DNA of 64,000 nt, from contig NC_087437.1 of NCBI RefSeq assembly GCF_036321535.1, positions 97,590,001 to 97,654,000 of the forward strand, given 5' to 3'. Under the pieces are notes generated by a model that was not told where the DNA came from, searched no databases, and saw only the letters and a list, made by a program, of their open reading frames with translations. Source of the DNA: Camelus dromedarius. Lineage: Eukaryota. Every line of letters begins with the position of its first letter. Within the stretch, counting starts at the first letter, position 1. The position numbers and the translations under genes are program-made. Positions 27,223-39,794 of the stretch are shown here, piece by piece.

Positions 27223-29017
27223 AATATACACTCTGAGATATCAAGGGACTTAAAAATAAATAAGGAAAAGATACAAAGGAACAGTTATAGTGCATGTTAA
27301 GAAATACTGATAGGATTGTATATGGGGAGCTTTTAAAACTGCAACAAGCAACATCAAAGTAATAATACAGAATCTGGGCAGAAACAGAGTGAGAGGTATC
27401 TGTGACAAGGGATAAAAGGAGGAGAACCAGATGGAAACAAGAGAGAAAGTAAGATCTTACAAATGAGCATCAGAAGTTATTACAGAAAAAATAAGTTAAA
27501 AAAAAAGACAAGAAAAAAAGCATAAGATATATTACATCCCAATTATTGTCATACACAATTAACTATAAAAAACACAGTTTATGCTTCGATAAAGCTAAGT
27601 TGATAAACAGATCACACTGTGACATGACCAAATATAAATCTGCGTTTCTAAATTTTCAGAAAAAGCCTTTAGATAAGATACATGATGATTTAGGGAAGCA
27701 AAGTTGCTGATGGATGAGGCACACACTCCGTAAAGACAATATGTAGCTTGTGAACACTGTGTACAACCTACACAATGGAAAGGTGCCAGATTATTTTTTT
27801 TAGTCTCTTGAAATCTAAGTTGGCGACTTTGAAATTCATGTAATTTCATGGGCTTTTTAAAGGAAACCTAATAAGTGACAGAGAAGTGATTCCCAAGTAT
27901 GTATTTATGCTGAGGTAGGTATGGCATTATAGGTTGAAGAGGCAGAAAGAAACAAAAAGAATTAAGAATAAGCTGTAATTTCTGCCAAAGACTGAAATAC
28001 TCCATCGCACACACAAGGCTATTTTGAATCTCTTGACTCCAGTGTCCAGGCTCTTCAGTATTTTGTCCTTTAGTGCACAAAGAACTTAACTTTCTTTCAA
28101 AGCACAAATTTCACACTTCATACCATGAGTTGGCAGGGAGACTAATTACAAAGCAAGGTGGGGTAAGCTCTGCGCCTGCTTGGAGAAGAAGCCGCCTTCC
28201 TCACCCTCTTCCCACTTTATTTCTATTTATTTATTTATTATTACTTTTTTTTTGCTGGCAAAAGTCCTACTAAAAACTTCACATGCAGATATACTTTTAA
28301 GAATTTACATCATATTTTATTATTATTATTAGCATATGTTAGAAGACCATAGCTGACATATTTCTCACACCTGCTCCTATCACTTACTTCTATTCCTCTT
28401 TCTATCTCTTGAACTACTTACGGTCTCTTTATTCCCAATTTGACTTCTCTTTTTCTCTCTGTATGTGGCTGGGGAGAGGGATAAGGCTAGCATATCACAT
28501 AGAAGATACATACTGTAAACTTCTCTATTCTTCAAGTCAAATTCCATAAGAAATTTCTAATACAACAAAGATCTTCAAATAAAATTTTAATTCTAAGCCA
28601 AGTGCCCACAGCCTTTAAATATGTAAGAACAGAACATTAAAACTCAATTAAAAATGCTAAGGGCACTTAAAGCAGTGTTTAAAATAATTTTTTCCTAAAT
28701 GAATTTAATTTTTAGAGGGTAGGAGAACCTTCATAAAGTGAGATTTACCTTAAAGAATAAAATAAATGAGAATTAAAACATACTTAATTAGGTTGCATGT
28801 TAAGAATACTTTTTAAAATATTGTGAACAAATGCCATCTAAATATTGAATAATGTTATATAATTTCAGTGAAAAGAGGTATCAATTACCATGTTCTCCTA
28901 TTAAAATGGAGTATTTCACAATTAGACTCCCCCCCCACCATGGCAATGGTTTTAATGTTCAGAAAGACAGTTTAAACACTAAAAAAAAAAATTACTATAC
29001 CATAATTTCATTAAAAG

Positions 29018-29468
29018 TAAGACAGAAGGGAAAGAGGCAGGGCACAACCATTGAAGAAATAACACACCAGTTGAGGACAGGACAAACTCAACAGAACCAA
29101 GATGGCAGAAGATTCGATTTAGTAGATCTTGAGCCTCATGGCGCACCCACAGGTGCCATGACAGTTCCTAGGCTGACCATAAGAGCTCAAAAAGTAGGCG
29201 GGAGGAGGAGCAATTCCTGGAAGTTCCTGCCTCTCCCCCAACATAGTTGGAAGAATCCTTCTACGTGTTAACATATGAAATGACTGAGCCCATGAAAACT
29301 AACAAGGCCGCACCTCACAGTTGCTCTCTCTCTCTCTCTCTGGCCTTCTGAGACAGCCCGCACTCTGTCTATGGAGTGTCTATCTCTCCAAATAAACTTG
29401 CTTTCACTTTACTATGCCTCATTCTTGAATTCTTTTTGTGCAAAACAAGAATCTATTCTCTGGCAACA
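29018..29468 (+). mobile_element. MER41-like ERV1 solo LTR
   Basis: accaagatggc, cacccacaggtgccatgacagtt, ctctgtctatggagt, aataaacttgctttcactttact and the end ggcaaca are motifs shared with the MER41 LTR consensus. Confidence 0.8.
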
Positions 29469-32400
29469 AAAACATCTAATCGAAATTGTGGAAAAAAATT
29501 TCTTTCTGTGGAAAATATATATAGATATATTTTAAGCAAGCACTCCAAAGCAACTTTTTACATTTAGACATCTGTAGCATCACCTCCTTTACTTCATGGG
29601 CTCCCGTGCAGATTACATAGAAGGACTTGCACCAGCTTCTTTTAGAAACATAAACTTCAGATGTCTGGAAACAATCTGAATGCACTGATAGCTTTCTCAA
29701 AAATCAAAATTTTGAGGACAAGCTCTTCAAAAATGTTGTCTTTAAAATAAACTAAATTCACTTGCATGCTTAAATCACTGCTTTCTCTGCTTACAATAGG
29801 GTATGAACATTTCAAGCTGTGTCAATGGTGTACTGCAGGTAATCGCTAAGAATGGCTGGCTTATTTTGTAGGAAGAAGCTGTCAGGAATAATTGGTAAGA
29901 TTTTAAGTGTTGTTGGGGTGGAAGTCTATAGGGGTTTTAAGTTTGGGATATTTGCACTTATATTTTAAGAAGTTTAAATCAAAACTAGAACTGGACATAA
30001 GTAACATAATTCTGCCATAGACTAAATTAAATTCTGCCATATACATTTTTATATGTACATAAAGACATATATATTATCCAGGACAATGGAGAGTTCTTTA
30101 CATTTGATAAAAATAGTGGACGCATTAAGACTTCTATTATATAGCAAAGTTCGACTTCACTGCAACTTGGCTTGATGATATTTTAAGGCCAGGCCTCCTG
30201 AGATATACAAATAATCATCAATCAGCATTCACGGCCAAATGTCCAAGCTCACTTCTCTTAAAATAATATTCAATTATAAGATGAAAATAATTTATCCAAG
30301 CAACCCTGAAAAACAAATTTTAGGTGGCATTAAGGTCCTTCAAGGTAATTGTTCCTCACTAGTAGTGATTCTAAGATATTATTAAAATTCATAAATCACT
30401 TTATCTGAGATATTCTAATTGAAAACCTATAGCTAAAAGCCTTCAACTCAAAATTGGATACTGTTTTCATTTATTGACAATTATATAATCACTTTAATTT
30501 CATGAATGAAAGAGAAAATGAGAGAAACAATAACATAATATCTTTGTTACGCACTGGGAAGATTTCAAGGGAGAGAGATATATAGAAAACTTTTTATTTA
30601 TCCATCCATCCATCTATCCATTCTAGAAAAGGTTTACTCTGATCTCTCTAGAGAAAAAAAATGGATGTGTGACCAATGCAAAACATAATTAAATACAATG
30701 ATTCAAAAATAATATAGTTTAACAACTTGTGAAATAGGACAGCTGAATAATTTACTTTTCTAAAATTTTGCCTCAACTAAAATATTGAAACTAAAGAGAG
30801 ATCATGAAACTAAAGATTATAATTGTTGAATATCATCAGACTTTTTTTTGAATGCTCAATATCTGACACAAAATCTGGTCATGAAAATGGAAGATATTAA
30901 ATTGATTTGTCCTCAAACGTGAATTTTGTTGCATGAGGGATCTCTATACGCTTCTTCAAAATTTCCAACTTTCTTAATCCTAGCATCAGGGTGGCTATTT
31001 GGAATTTCAATGTGTAAATTATGGAAAACAAATTGATCAAAATTCTTTACGCACTCCTGATAACATATTAAAATTAATACTGTATTTAAACTCTATATTA
31101 GCTACAACTCAATAAAGTAGTGATAATTCAAAAACTTTGACAAACTTGTTTTTGGAAACAGACTGACATTCATTCTTATGTTTCTTATTCTTAATATGTA
31201 CCAGAAAATAGCACACTTTTATTATATACCAGAAAAAAAATAAGAATCCTTTATTAAAGCCATTAAGAGAGAAATATATTTTTAAGAATTACCAAGCAGT
31301 ATTTCTGAATGGTTTATTTGCTTTTTAAAGTCAAATCAGTATCTTTATTTTTAACAAGTATTCATCTTAACCCAACCTGCTTCATATCACCTTCAAATTC
31401 ATATGCCTCTCAGTGACTGTTTAAAAATATATATAAATTACACCTTAACCTTTATACATAGCTCATATTATTACTTGAACAAACTGTTGAGGAAAGAAAG
31501 AAATGTGATTACTGAGTTTGGAAATAATTTCTCAGTTCTGAATACAACTGCTGCCTGCACTTCCTAAAATCCTGCAAATCAACTGGGCTCTCTGGTGACT
31601 CTCTATAGCCCCTCTTCTCAGCCAAAGTTCCCAGGATTTTACCTGTTGTACAATAAACTGCACCTGTACGTACTGGATACTAGTTCAGTTTTATCCAGAT
31701 TATATCCCCAAAGTCAATGTCTAATTTAGTGTTGGGAAATATATATTTGTAAAATTATCTTTTAATAGTTCCTTTAAAGACAAATCCAAATGTTTATGTT
31801 ACTTATTTATTTGTATTGTAGATATACTTTCTTTAAAAAATCATGTATGTTTTACATTAACTTAAGGATTGACTTAATTTTTATTTTTTAAGTAGTTTCT
31901 AATGTACTAACCACTTAGGCAGCATAGAAATTAGCAGAGTCCAAGTCCAGGAATGTTACTTGAAGGATAAGCATCTTAGTAGATGCTTCTGTAAGTCAAA
32001 AGTCAGAGAAACAGTATGTCCTCAAGCGGATGCTCTTCTTGACAGACATAAAAAACTGACAAGGGACATATGCCTGTTTCCCACCCACTCCCATTCTTTT
32101 TTATTTGACCTTGATGACCCAGAGGGATCATTGGCCATCATTCTTATTTAGAACTCAGAATTCATTTCCTACAACATTTTCTTTATAAGCGGTGGCTACA
32201 CACAGTTGAATTAATATCAAATAGGATGCTACATAACATTCTAGAATAAGTGGGATTTTCCCTTCTGTCCTCAAACTTAATTGCCTTTTCTAACATGGTT
32301 TTTATGGGAAAAAACAACCAGATTTCCCAATGACTTACAAATAATTAGAATAGACTGATTAATATGGAAGGCTTGTACAAAAAAATTCAATTTAGCTTTG

Positions 32401-34567
32401 TTTATCATCCCTAAGGTATTTATGTGAAAATAATTTTATTAGTTTTTGAGTGCATGCATGCAGCAAAAATCATACTTCATCAATACTCAGCCACAACTCT
32501 GGACTTTGGAGGTCCCAATAGTTAAATTTTGAGGCAAAGTTGTAAACTAATATAGAAAATGCTTTATTTACATATTTTAATGCATAATTTTCTTACCAAT
32601 AGTAAAATACTATGAGATTTTTTATTTAAAAAAATACCCAGCAATATAGTTTTAATTTAAAAACTTTTATTTTAAACTTCTGCTTAATTATATGTCTCAA
32701 AGTGAAAAATTAATATTTAATTAGGCTTATTGATCTAAATGGTAATCTGTAGCTTGGCTTGTACTTGAAATGGTAAGATTTGCTTATCATGCCTAAGAAA
32801 TCTTGTTTCATTCACTCTAGCTACTTAAAAGGAAGCAAAATTCCCTAAACCATGTATTAAATCATTCTATTATGTTTTCTGTTAGGTTGTTTTATCCTTT
32901 GAATCATTGCCTATTTTATTTTATTCTTTTAAAAAATAAGTATATGACTTAAACGTGCCTTTACCATTAGAAGCTGCACTACAGCTAAACATAAAATTTA
33001 TTTGGGACTTTTTTTTTTTTTTTACTATCAAAGGAAAGTATACAAACAATCAATACTGAAGAAAGAATAGAGCACTTGGACAAATAAGAGAGACAATACT
33101 TTTCCTCAAATGTTTTAAATATCCAACAACTATGAACTAACGAGAATAAGTCATAATCCCTGGATATGATGGCCACAGAAAGGGTTTTGGCATTCTCTTG
33201 TAATACTAAATGTACTGTTGGATCACTATTGCAGAGAAACAGTCGTCCTGCTGCATTTTAGTGATCCGACACATTGCCAGAGGAATAAACAACTCTTCTA
33301 GCCAACAGAAATGCTGCCTACAGATTCTAGTTTTAGACCTTTGGTAAAAAAAAAAAAAAAAAAAAAAAAGTGTGTGCTAAGTAGGATTTTCTTACATTAT
33401 TTTTATCAAAAAAAGAAAAGACGAGAAGTCAACTAGATGTTAATATAAATTCTTAATAACATGAAAGGAAAATAAAAAAAAACCAAACCCTATTTCATTA
33501 TTAAAATTATCTGCATATATGTATATATACCTATTCACAGATAAGACATGCATTTTTATTTTTGAAAAACATATTCCTATTCCATTTAAAAAATTCATGA
33601 ACAAATTATGTGATAAGCAAACAATGTTCTTTTTGTGTAACCTTTTCAAAAGAGATTATAAACTTCCTTGAATATACACAATATTTACTGGCTATTTTGG
33701 AAACCACAGGACTAACAAAAGCCCAGCACTACTATATAGTTTCAATTTTATCTAGAGCAATTTTCTTATACCTTTCCTGCGCACAGATTTCAAGGCTTGA
33801 CAAATGCAGAAACAATGTCATAATGAATTCTCCTCAAAGAAAAAACAAAATTCATGGGCGGTCAGGACTTCCTTTTATAATGGAAAACATTAAATTGCAA
33901 TGTGTATTTGAGTAGACAACACACCTCCAAAAATAATACAATACTTATCACAAAACAAATTTCATAGACACTAGCTTTGGCGTAAAACACTCCACAGAGC
34001 TCTTGATCACATCAGTATATTGAAAACCCTTATTACAAAATTTATAGCCCCTTTCAACTCTGCAAAGGACATTTCAGGACACAATAAACCTGCGGCTCCA
34101 CTCTATCATTAATTTCCTCCAAATACACTTGGCAAGGTAACAAGGAACGTCAAATTTTCCACTTAATTTCTGAAGAACATCACACCCTTTAATGAGTATG
34201 TTCTTGAAATTTAAAAAATTAAAACATGAAAGTCACTAAAGAGATCCAAAATCGCTTCAAAAATATAACACCTTTAATCAATAAATTCTTGTACAACTAT
34301 ACAAATCCACACACACAAATATATCTGTATAGCATTTACTACAACAGAGTAAAGCCAATCTTTAAGCAATGCCATCAGATTTGATATACTGACTCACACC
34401 TAATTCTAGTTTAATTTAACTGCTTCAGAAGCATAACAGTCCACTTTAACAGAAAACTTGGAGCAAGATCACAACAAATCATTTAAAACATCAAACCAAA
34501 GGTCCACGTAATCTCAAAATAAAGTAAACTCAAATCTAGCTCTCAGAATGTTAAAACATGCGCCTAC

Positions 34568-34673
34568 CTTGGCCTTGTCCATTCCCCTGCTGACTCCAAA
34601 GGATCAGAATCACTAGCAGTCTTAGATCCCATGTCCACATTCTTCTAGTGACTCTTCCTTGTCTTCTGGCCAT
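34568..34673 (-). CDS. ROBO2: First coding exon portion (exon 2) of roundabout guidance receptor 2, long isoform ROBO2a; signal peptide, partial CDS with phase-1 end
   Basis: Minus strand reads ctctcaatgtgcAG|AATTTAAAATGCA-ATG GCC AGA AGA CAA GGA AGA GTC ACT AGA AGA ATG TGG ACA TGG GAT CTA AGA CTG CTA GTG ATT CTG ATC CTT TGG AGT CAG CAG GGG AAT GGA CAA GGC CAA G|GTAGGC. This gives MARRQGRVTRRMWTWDLRLLVILILWSQQGNGQGQ plus 1 nt. It matches the human ROBO2a N-terminus as I recall it (MARRHERVTRRMWTWAPGLLMMTVVFWGHQGNGQGQG-SRLRQEDFPPRIVEHP). Canonical acceptor (34688-34687) and donor (34567-34566); in-frame TAA 9 nt upstream of the ATG; good Kozak context (GCAATGG). The whole exon is 34568..34686. 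Confidence 0.93.
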
Positions 34674-35209
34674 TGCATTTTAAATTCTGCACATTGAGAG
34701 GGGTGGACATGAAAAGTATAATAAATTAAAATCTTAAAGAAATGTATTACCACTCAAATCCCATTTCTAATATGCATTGTGTATTTACAAGTCATCCTGC
34801 TTATAAGGAGATACATTTAAAAATTATGCTTCCCTTTGAGATCCTCACTATGATGATTAATATGAAAGCTCATTCATCTTTAACCTCATAGTCTAAACAT
34901 TCATTTGAATATTCTTCAGTATCAGTTTGCAAAATATGCCATTAAACCTATGAATGCTTAAAAAGGAATACCAAAATACCTACTGGAGTACAATAAAGCA
35001 AAAATTGTACATGGACACTATAAGTTGTTACTTAAGTAAACTGATGCATTAAAAACACCATAGCAGCTCTATGAACATATACAAAAATGACTTTTTAATA
35101 TATTTACATAAATTTAGCATAAGTATCTCACATGTATCTCATATATCTGTGGTTTTGAGTTAAATGTTATTCTAGTTATATCAGTAGCTTTAATAACATA
35201 AAGAGATTC

Positions 35210-35630
35210 ATCATGTACACAGAACTAATCTTGCATACTTAAAATTGAGTAAAATTAATTATAGAATCCACATTTGTAATTCTAGGTATATAAACCATAG
35301 GAAATTATATATGTATGTAATGATAAAATATACTTGAATGTTCATTATGACACTGTTTTAATACTAAAAAGTGAAAATGCTTGAATGCCCAAAGGGATAT
35401 TATTTATTCATACAGTTGAATGATGTATAGTAGCTAAATAAATAAGTCATTTGTACCAAAATGGATCAATGTCAAAATAAAAATTTAAACAACCAATAGC
35501 AAGTTGCAAAGTGACAGGTTCAATATATACTATATCTTTTATATGTAAACATATGTAAAACTATAATTTTAACTATTTTACATTTACATATATAGTATAA
35601 CATAAGTCATTAGAATGATAAACACCTTCC
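35210..35630 (+). mobile_element. Ancient L1 (L1ME-like) fragment
   Basis: gaatgttcatt...aatgccca...tattcatacagttgaat...atggatcaat...agcaagttgca. Confidence 0.6.
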
Positions 35631-36124
35631 AAAGTTAAGAAATTGTAAGATTACAGTTTATATAGTTATTAAGAGCAATCTTCAGAGATTACCCCTAAGT
35701 TCCAATGTTTCTGCAGTTAACAAAATATGGAGCTATGGAAAGTGAATTTAATGATTTCCTGAATAAATTCTGTATTCAAAATGCTACATAATCATTATTC
35801 TAGTAAACTTGGAAGGGAATCTAGGCATCCAGAACTTTTTTTCCTCTCTTTCTTCTACATCAAGCAAAGAGGATTTAATTATTCACTTTGCATTATTCTA
35901 TTTCAGACGCAGAGTGTCAAAGCTAAAGGAAAATGTAGAACCATCTAATCCTTTTGAATTGGTAAACAGGCTAAGAAGGTTGGAATGACATTTCCATGCT
36001 CACGTGTAACAGCAGAAGGATGAACACGATGAGAGTCTCAGTATTGATAAATATATCTTGAAAATTAGTTTTCCCAAGTTGTTTTACTATCCTAAATGCC
36101 TTACATTCCCAGTCCCATTTCATT

Positions 36125-36285
36125 CTCACACAAATCCTATAAAATAAGCACTTTCACAATCACCGTTTCATGGCTGAGTAAACAGAGGCTTAGAGAAAAG
36201 CCACACAATTCCCACGTCACGTGATAGGTAGGTGCTGATGTGACCTGAGCCAAGGCAGGATGACTTCAGAGCCTGTGCTCTGAGC
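36125..36285 (-). mobile_element. MIR SINE
   Basis: ctgagtaaacagaggcttagaga...tgacttcagagcctgtgctct. Confidence 0.7.
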
Positions 36286-39164
36286 TAGGCGTCACTAAGC
36301 AGGGATTTTGCCCTAGATCTCCCAACTATAGTCCAGTAATCATTCCAAAAAGGGTGCCGAGAAGAGGAAAAAGAGATAGCTTACATAAAGAACCTCGTGT
36401 ACTTATTCCAATTAAACATCTTCAAACTGAAAATCATTAAAACGTAAGATAACTCAACTATCACAGTTAATCCCTAAAAACAGCAATGCTTTCCAGAATA
36501 AAGAGGCTGTCCAGGGTAAATCTCAACACCATCCCAATACTCTTTAGCATTACTAATAATTTTATATTGAAGAATAAAATGAGCAATATTGTAAAAGAGC
36601 AATGGCGATGCCTGATGATTTGTTTAGGGGGCAGGGAGCAGGGTAGGAAGGTGTTGTCAAAGACCGGCCTTAGTGGTACATATCCATAATGTCTGTATAT
36701 GTGTGTACACACGTACACACACACACACACAGTTTTAACCATTAAATGATAGATCTTTGTTCCTTTGTAATTACCATGTAACCATTTTTATCTGGCACCA
36801 ATAATGTCAAAATTCACATTTAAATCACCCCTCAATGGATTACATTTGCAATTCATTTTTATTTATTGTTTCCTTAACTTCTGCTAACCTGTGCACAATA
36901 CTCACTTTAAATGGTGTTTTGTTCTTACTTTTTAGAGAGTTGAGGCAGTATTTGAAAAATCTTAAAATACTCTTCAGGAAGGATTGGCATATAAAACACC
37001 AGTTCCATTATATATTTCAGTAAAATTTTAAAGAACAGATGGCTTTCAAATTGTTATTATAATCAAAAGAAAATGTAACCTTCCTCTCCAATTTGATGTT
37101 TATGGAAAACTAATATTTCACAAAATCCAAGTTTCTATGATGTATTTTCTATATCCTGTTCCTTCCCTTCTATAAATATGAAAATCATAACTTTCTATGA
37201 AACTTATATATCAATTAATTGTGCTCGTGGAAGATAAAAATCCATCCTTTTTTTATCCTTATGAAAGAAAAACAAAAAACTGGAAAGGGGTATGCTAGAT
37301 GAACTAGAAAATAAAATTATTTACCAAAAAGATATGCAACGTACGTCTTTAAATCTTTTTTTGGAACACTCTTTTCATGCATATGAGAATCAAAACCAAG
37401 GGAGAAATATCTACTTTATTTAATGAAATTTTACATGTACCCGTTACTCTTTAAAGACTGGAATAAGTTCTAAAACATGGATAGTTGGATCCATTGTCCT
37501 TTATTGTTCATATAAGAAGTTTTATATTCAGTGAGCACAGCAGAACACAGGACTTCAGATTGGTATTGACTATGTAAACACACCTCCACTCAATCGTGCT
37601 CATCCTGCTCTTTTAATGTTGAAGTTCACCAAAGAAAACAAACCTAAAGAATGTATGGTGTATTATATCCTGACATACATAATAGCAAAATTTGGTTTGC
37701 TATTCTTTTTCAATTTGCTAAAAGTTAGGTTATGCAAAGATTTTGGAGCAAACAGCATTATGAGACAGTGACTCTAAGGACTATCTCCAGAATGTTGCTC
37801 TGTCAGACGGAGACCACAGTCATACCACCTGGTGTGAGGTTGCTTTGTATCTAAAGGTGCTTGCTAGGGCTCTTCAGTTTTACTGTCAGGCTGTAAAACA
37901 CGTACCATCAGTGCAAGTGGAAGCATCCAGGTGTTAGAGCCACTTCCCTTACAGGCCAGATCTGGGTTGTATCTGCAGCTAACTTCAAAAAGTTCTTCTG
38001 ACCTCTCCTAGTCATTCCACTTGTCATGTGGGTCTTCTAGATATTCCCTTCTTCCCTAGCCAGCAGGCCCAACCAACCAGCCTAGGCTGTATGTATATAT
38101 AAAGTTGTCTGACTCATAGAAAAATCTATTTCTGCAACCAGGCAGGTAATGCCTTCAGATTCGCTATCTCATTGTGATCTATAGAGAGTGTCTCTTGTCA
38201 GCTTCTAGTATACCTTTTTTTTTTTTTTTTTTTTTTAAACAGCCACTTCTTTAAAGAAAATTCTTTTCTGGGAGAGAAAAAGTTTCCTTGCAAGTCTTTC
38301 TCCCAGCAATAGGTTTCTTTATTGAAGTGAGCATGTGCCAGTGAGCCTCCAGGTTGATGCCTCTTTTGCTCAAGTTCTCTAGTATAAAACAACCTTTCCG
38401 ATCACCCTTTTAAAACTAAAGACCAAAGAATCAAATGGGATCAGGAAGTGACCATAGCTTACAGGTCATCAATTCCTCTTCTCAGCATATTATAGGAACA
38501 CAATCTAAGCCAGAAAAACAGCAGAGCCCATTACAGCTCTTGAGTTCCAGTTATTAACATTGATTTTCTTCAATGGGAAATTTTCATTAGAAGCCAGCAC
38601 ATGACTTACATTCAGTAAGAACTTAGATTAAGATATATATTGGAGCCTCATTTTAACGTTGTCCTTGGTCTAGATGCCATGGAGCCATTTTTAAAAGGAG
38701 TCTTTCTGACATTAGTAAATTCTCACAGGTAGGATCTATCTCAGTCCAAGCTATACCTGACATGCAATGGTGACAGTCAAAGTCCTATATAATCCAAATT
38801 AATAATAGAACTTATATAAATTATATACACAGACACAATACACTAAAACATTTATATTTCTTTATCTTTTCAACAAGGTAAAACATGGAGACTGAAAATA
38901 TTATTTCTAGGCCACCATGCTTTAGAATAAAGAGCCCAGACAATGAAAAGGCACTTGGGATGTTGACCTTGTTTAATATCTTTGACAAATTAATTCACAG
39001 TCTCTACAGTATGTGACAAATAAAACATCTCTAAAATTCCTGTAAGCTATCAAGCAGTAAAACTACTTTGTTCTTAGTTCAGGGAACACAGATACATCAT
39101 TTGCCAATTGGTATTATTTAAAAAAAAAAAAAAAAGCAAACATCTCAAATGTAACATAACATGT

Positions 39165-39345
39165 ACTTCTCTCCTAAAGTGTGGTCCATAAACATTCTGC
39201 TTCAGAATAATCCAGGATGCCTGGTACAATGAATAGGCATAGGCATCACTGTGGACACGTTGCATCAGAATGCCTGGAGATGAGGCCTTGGAACAGGAAT
39301 TGCAATAAATCTTCCAAGTGGTTATTTTTAATCATAAAATTAGGA
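39165..39345. mobile_element. MER5-family DNA transposon
   Basis: aaagtgtggtcc...cttcagaataatcc...atcagaatgcctggagatgaggcc...ccaagtggtt. Confidence 0.6.
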
Positions 39346-39794
39346 TAGCTAGTCAATACCATGACACTTAAAAATTATTGATAAATAGATCTTATAGAAA
39401 TCTACAACCTTACTAATCATAGTGACTAATTTTATAGTGAAATATGACATAAAATATGACCAGTCATTTATGTAAAATTTTAAATTAATATGAGTAAGAG
39501 ACCTAAACAACAAGTTTAGCAGTCATCACCCTAATATTTGAGAGTTCAAGGGAACCATAGAGTCTAAAGTCTCTCCAGAGAGGAAGAGCGATTTATCCTC
39601 CTCAAATCTGTGGAATTACTGAAGTAACATAAAACCATTCATGTGTTTCCTGATATCCTCTCAAGCAGACTTACAGATGAGCCATTCCCAGACCAGATTT
39701 CCTCACCCTATCTCTTTTGTTAAAATAGGGTGAGAAGACTTTCAGCCTTGGAAAATACAGAAGTGAGTAGACTATGGACACCACTGGATCTAGT

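Larger units (their letters stand above)
1..34567 (-). other. ROBO2: ROBO2a intron 2 (partial, continues beyond window)
   Basis: Begins GTAGGC at 34567. I found no downstream exon encoding the expected Ig1 sequence (SRLRQEDFPPRIVEHP) in the window, consistent with the very long intron known for this isoform. Confidence 0.75.

Noticed and set aside
28852..29271. 139-aa ORF
   Set aside because: It runs from AT-rich flank through a poly(A) into the MER41-like LTR; a chance ORF.
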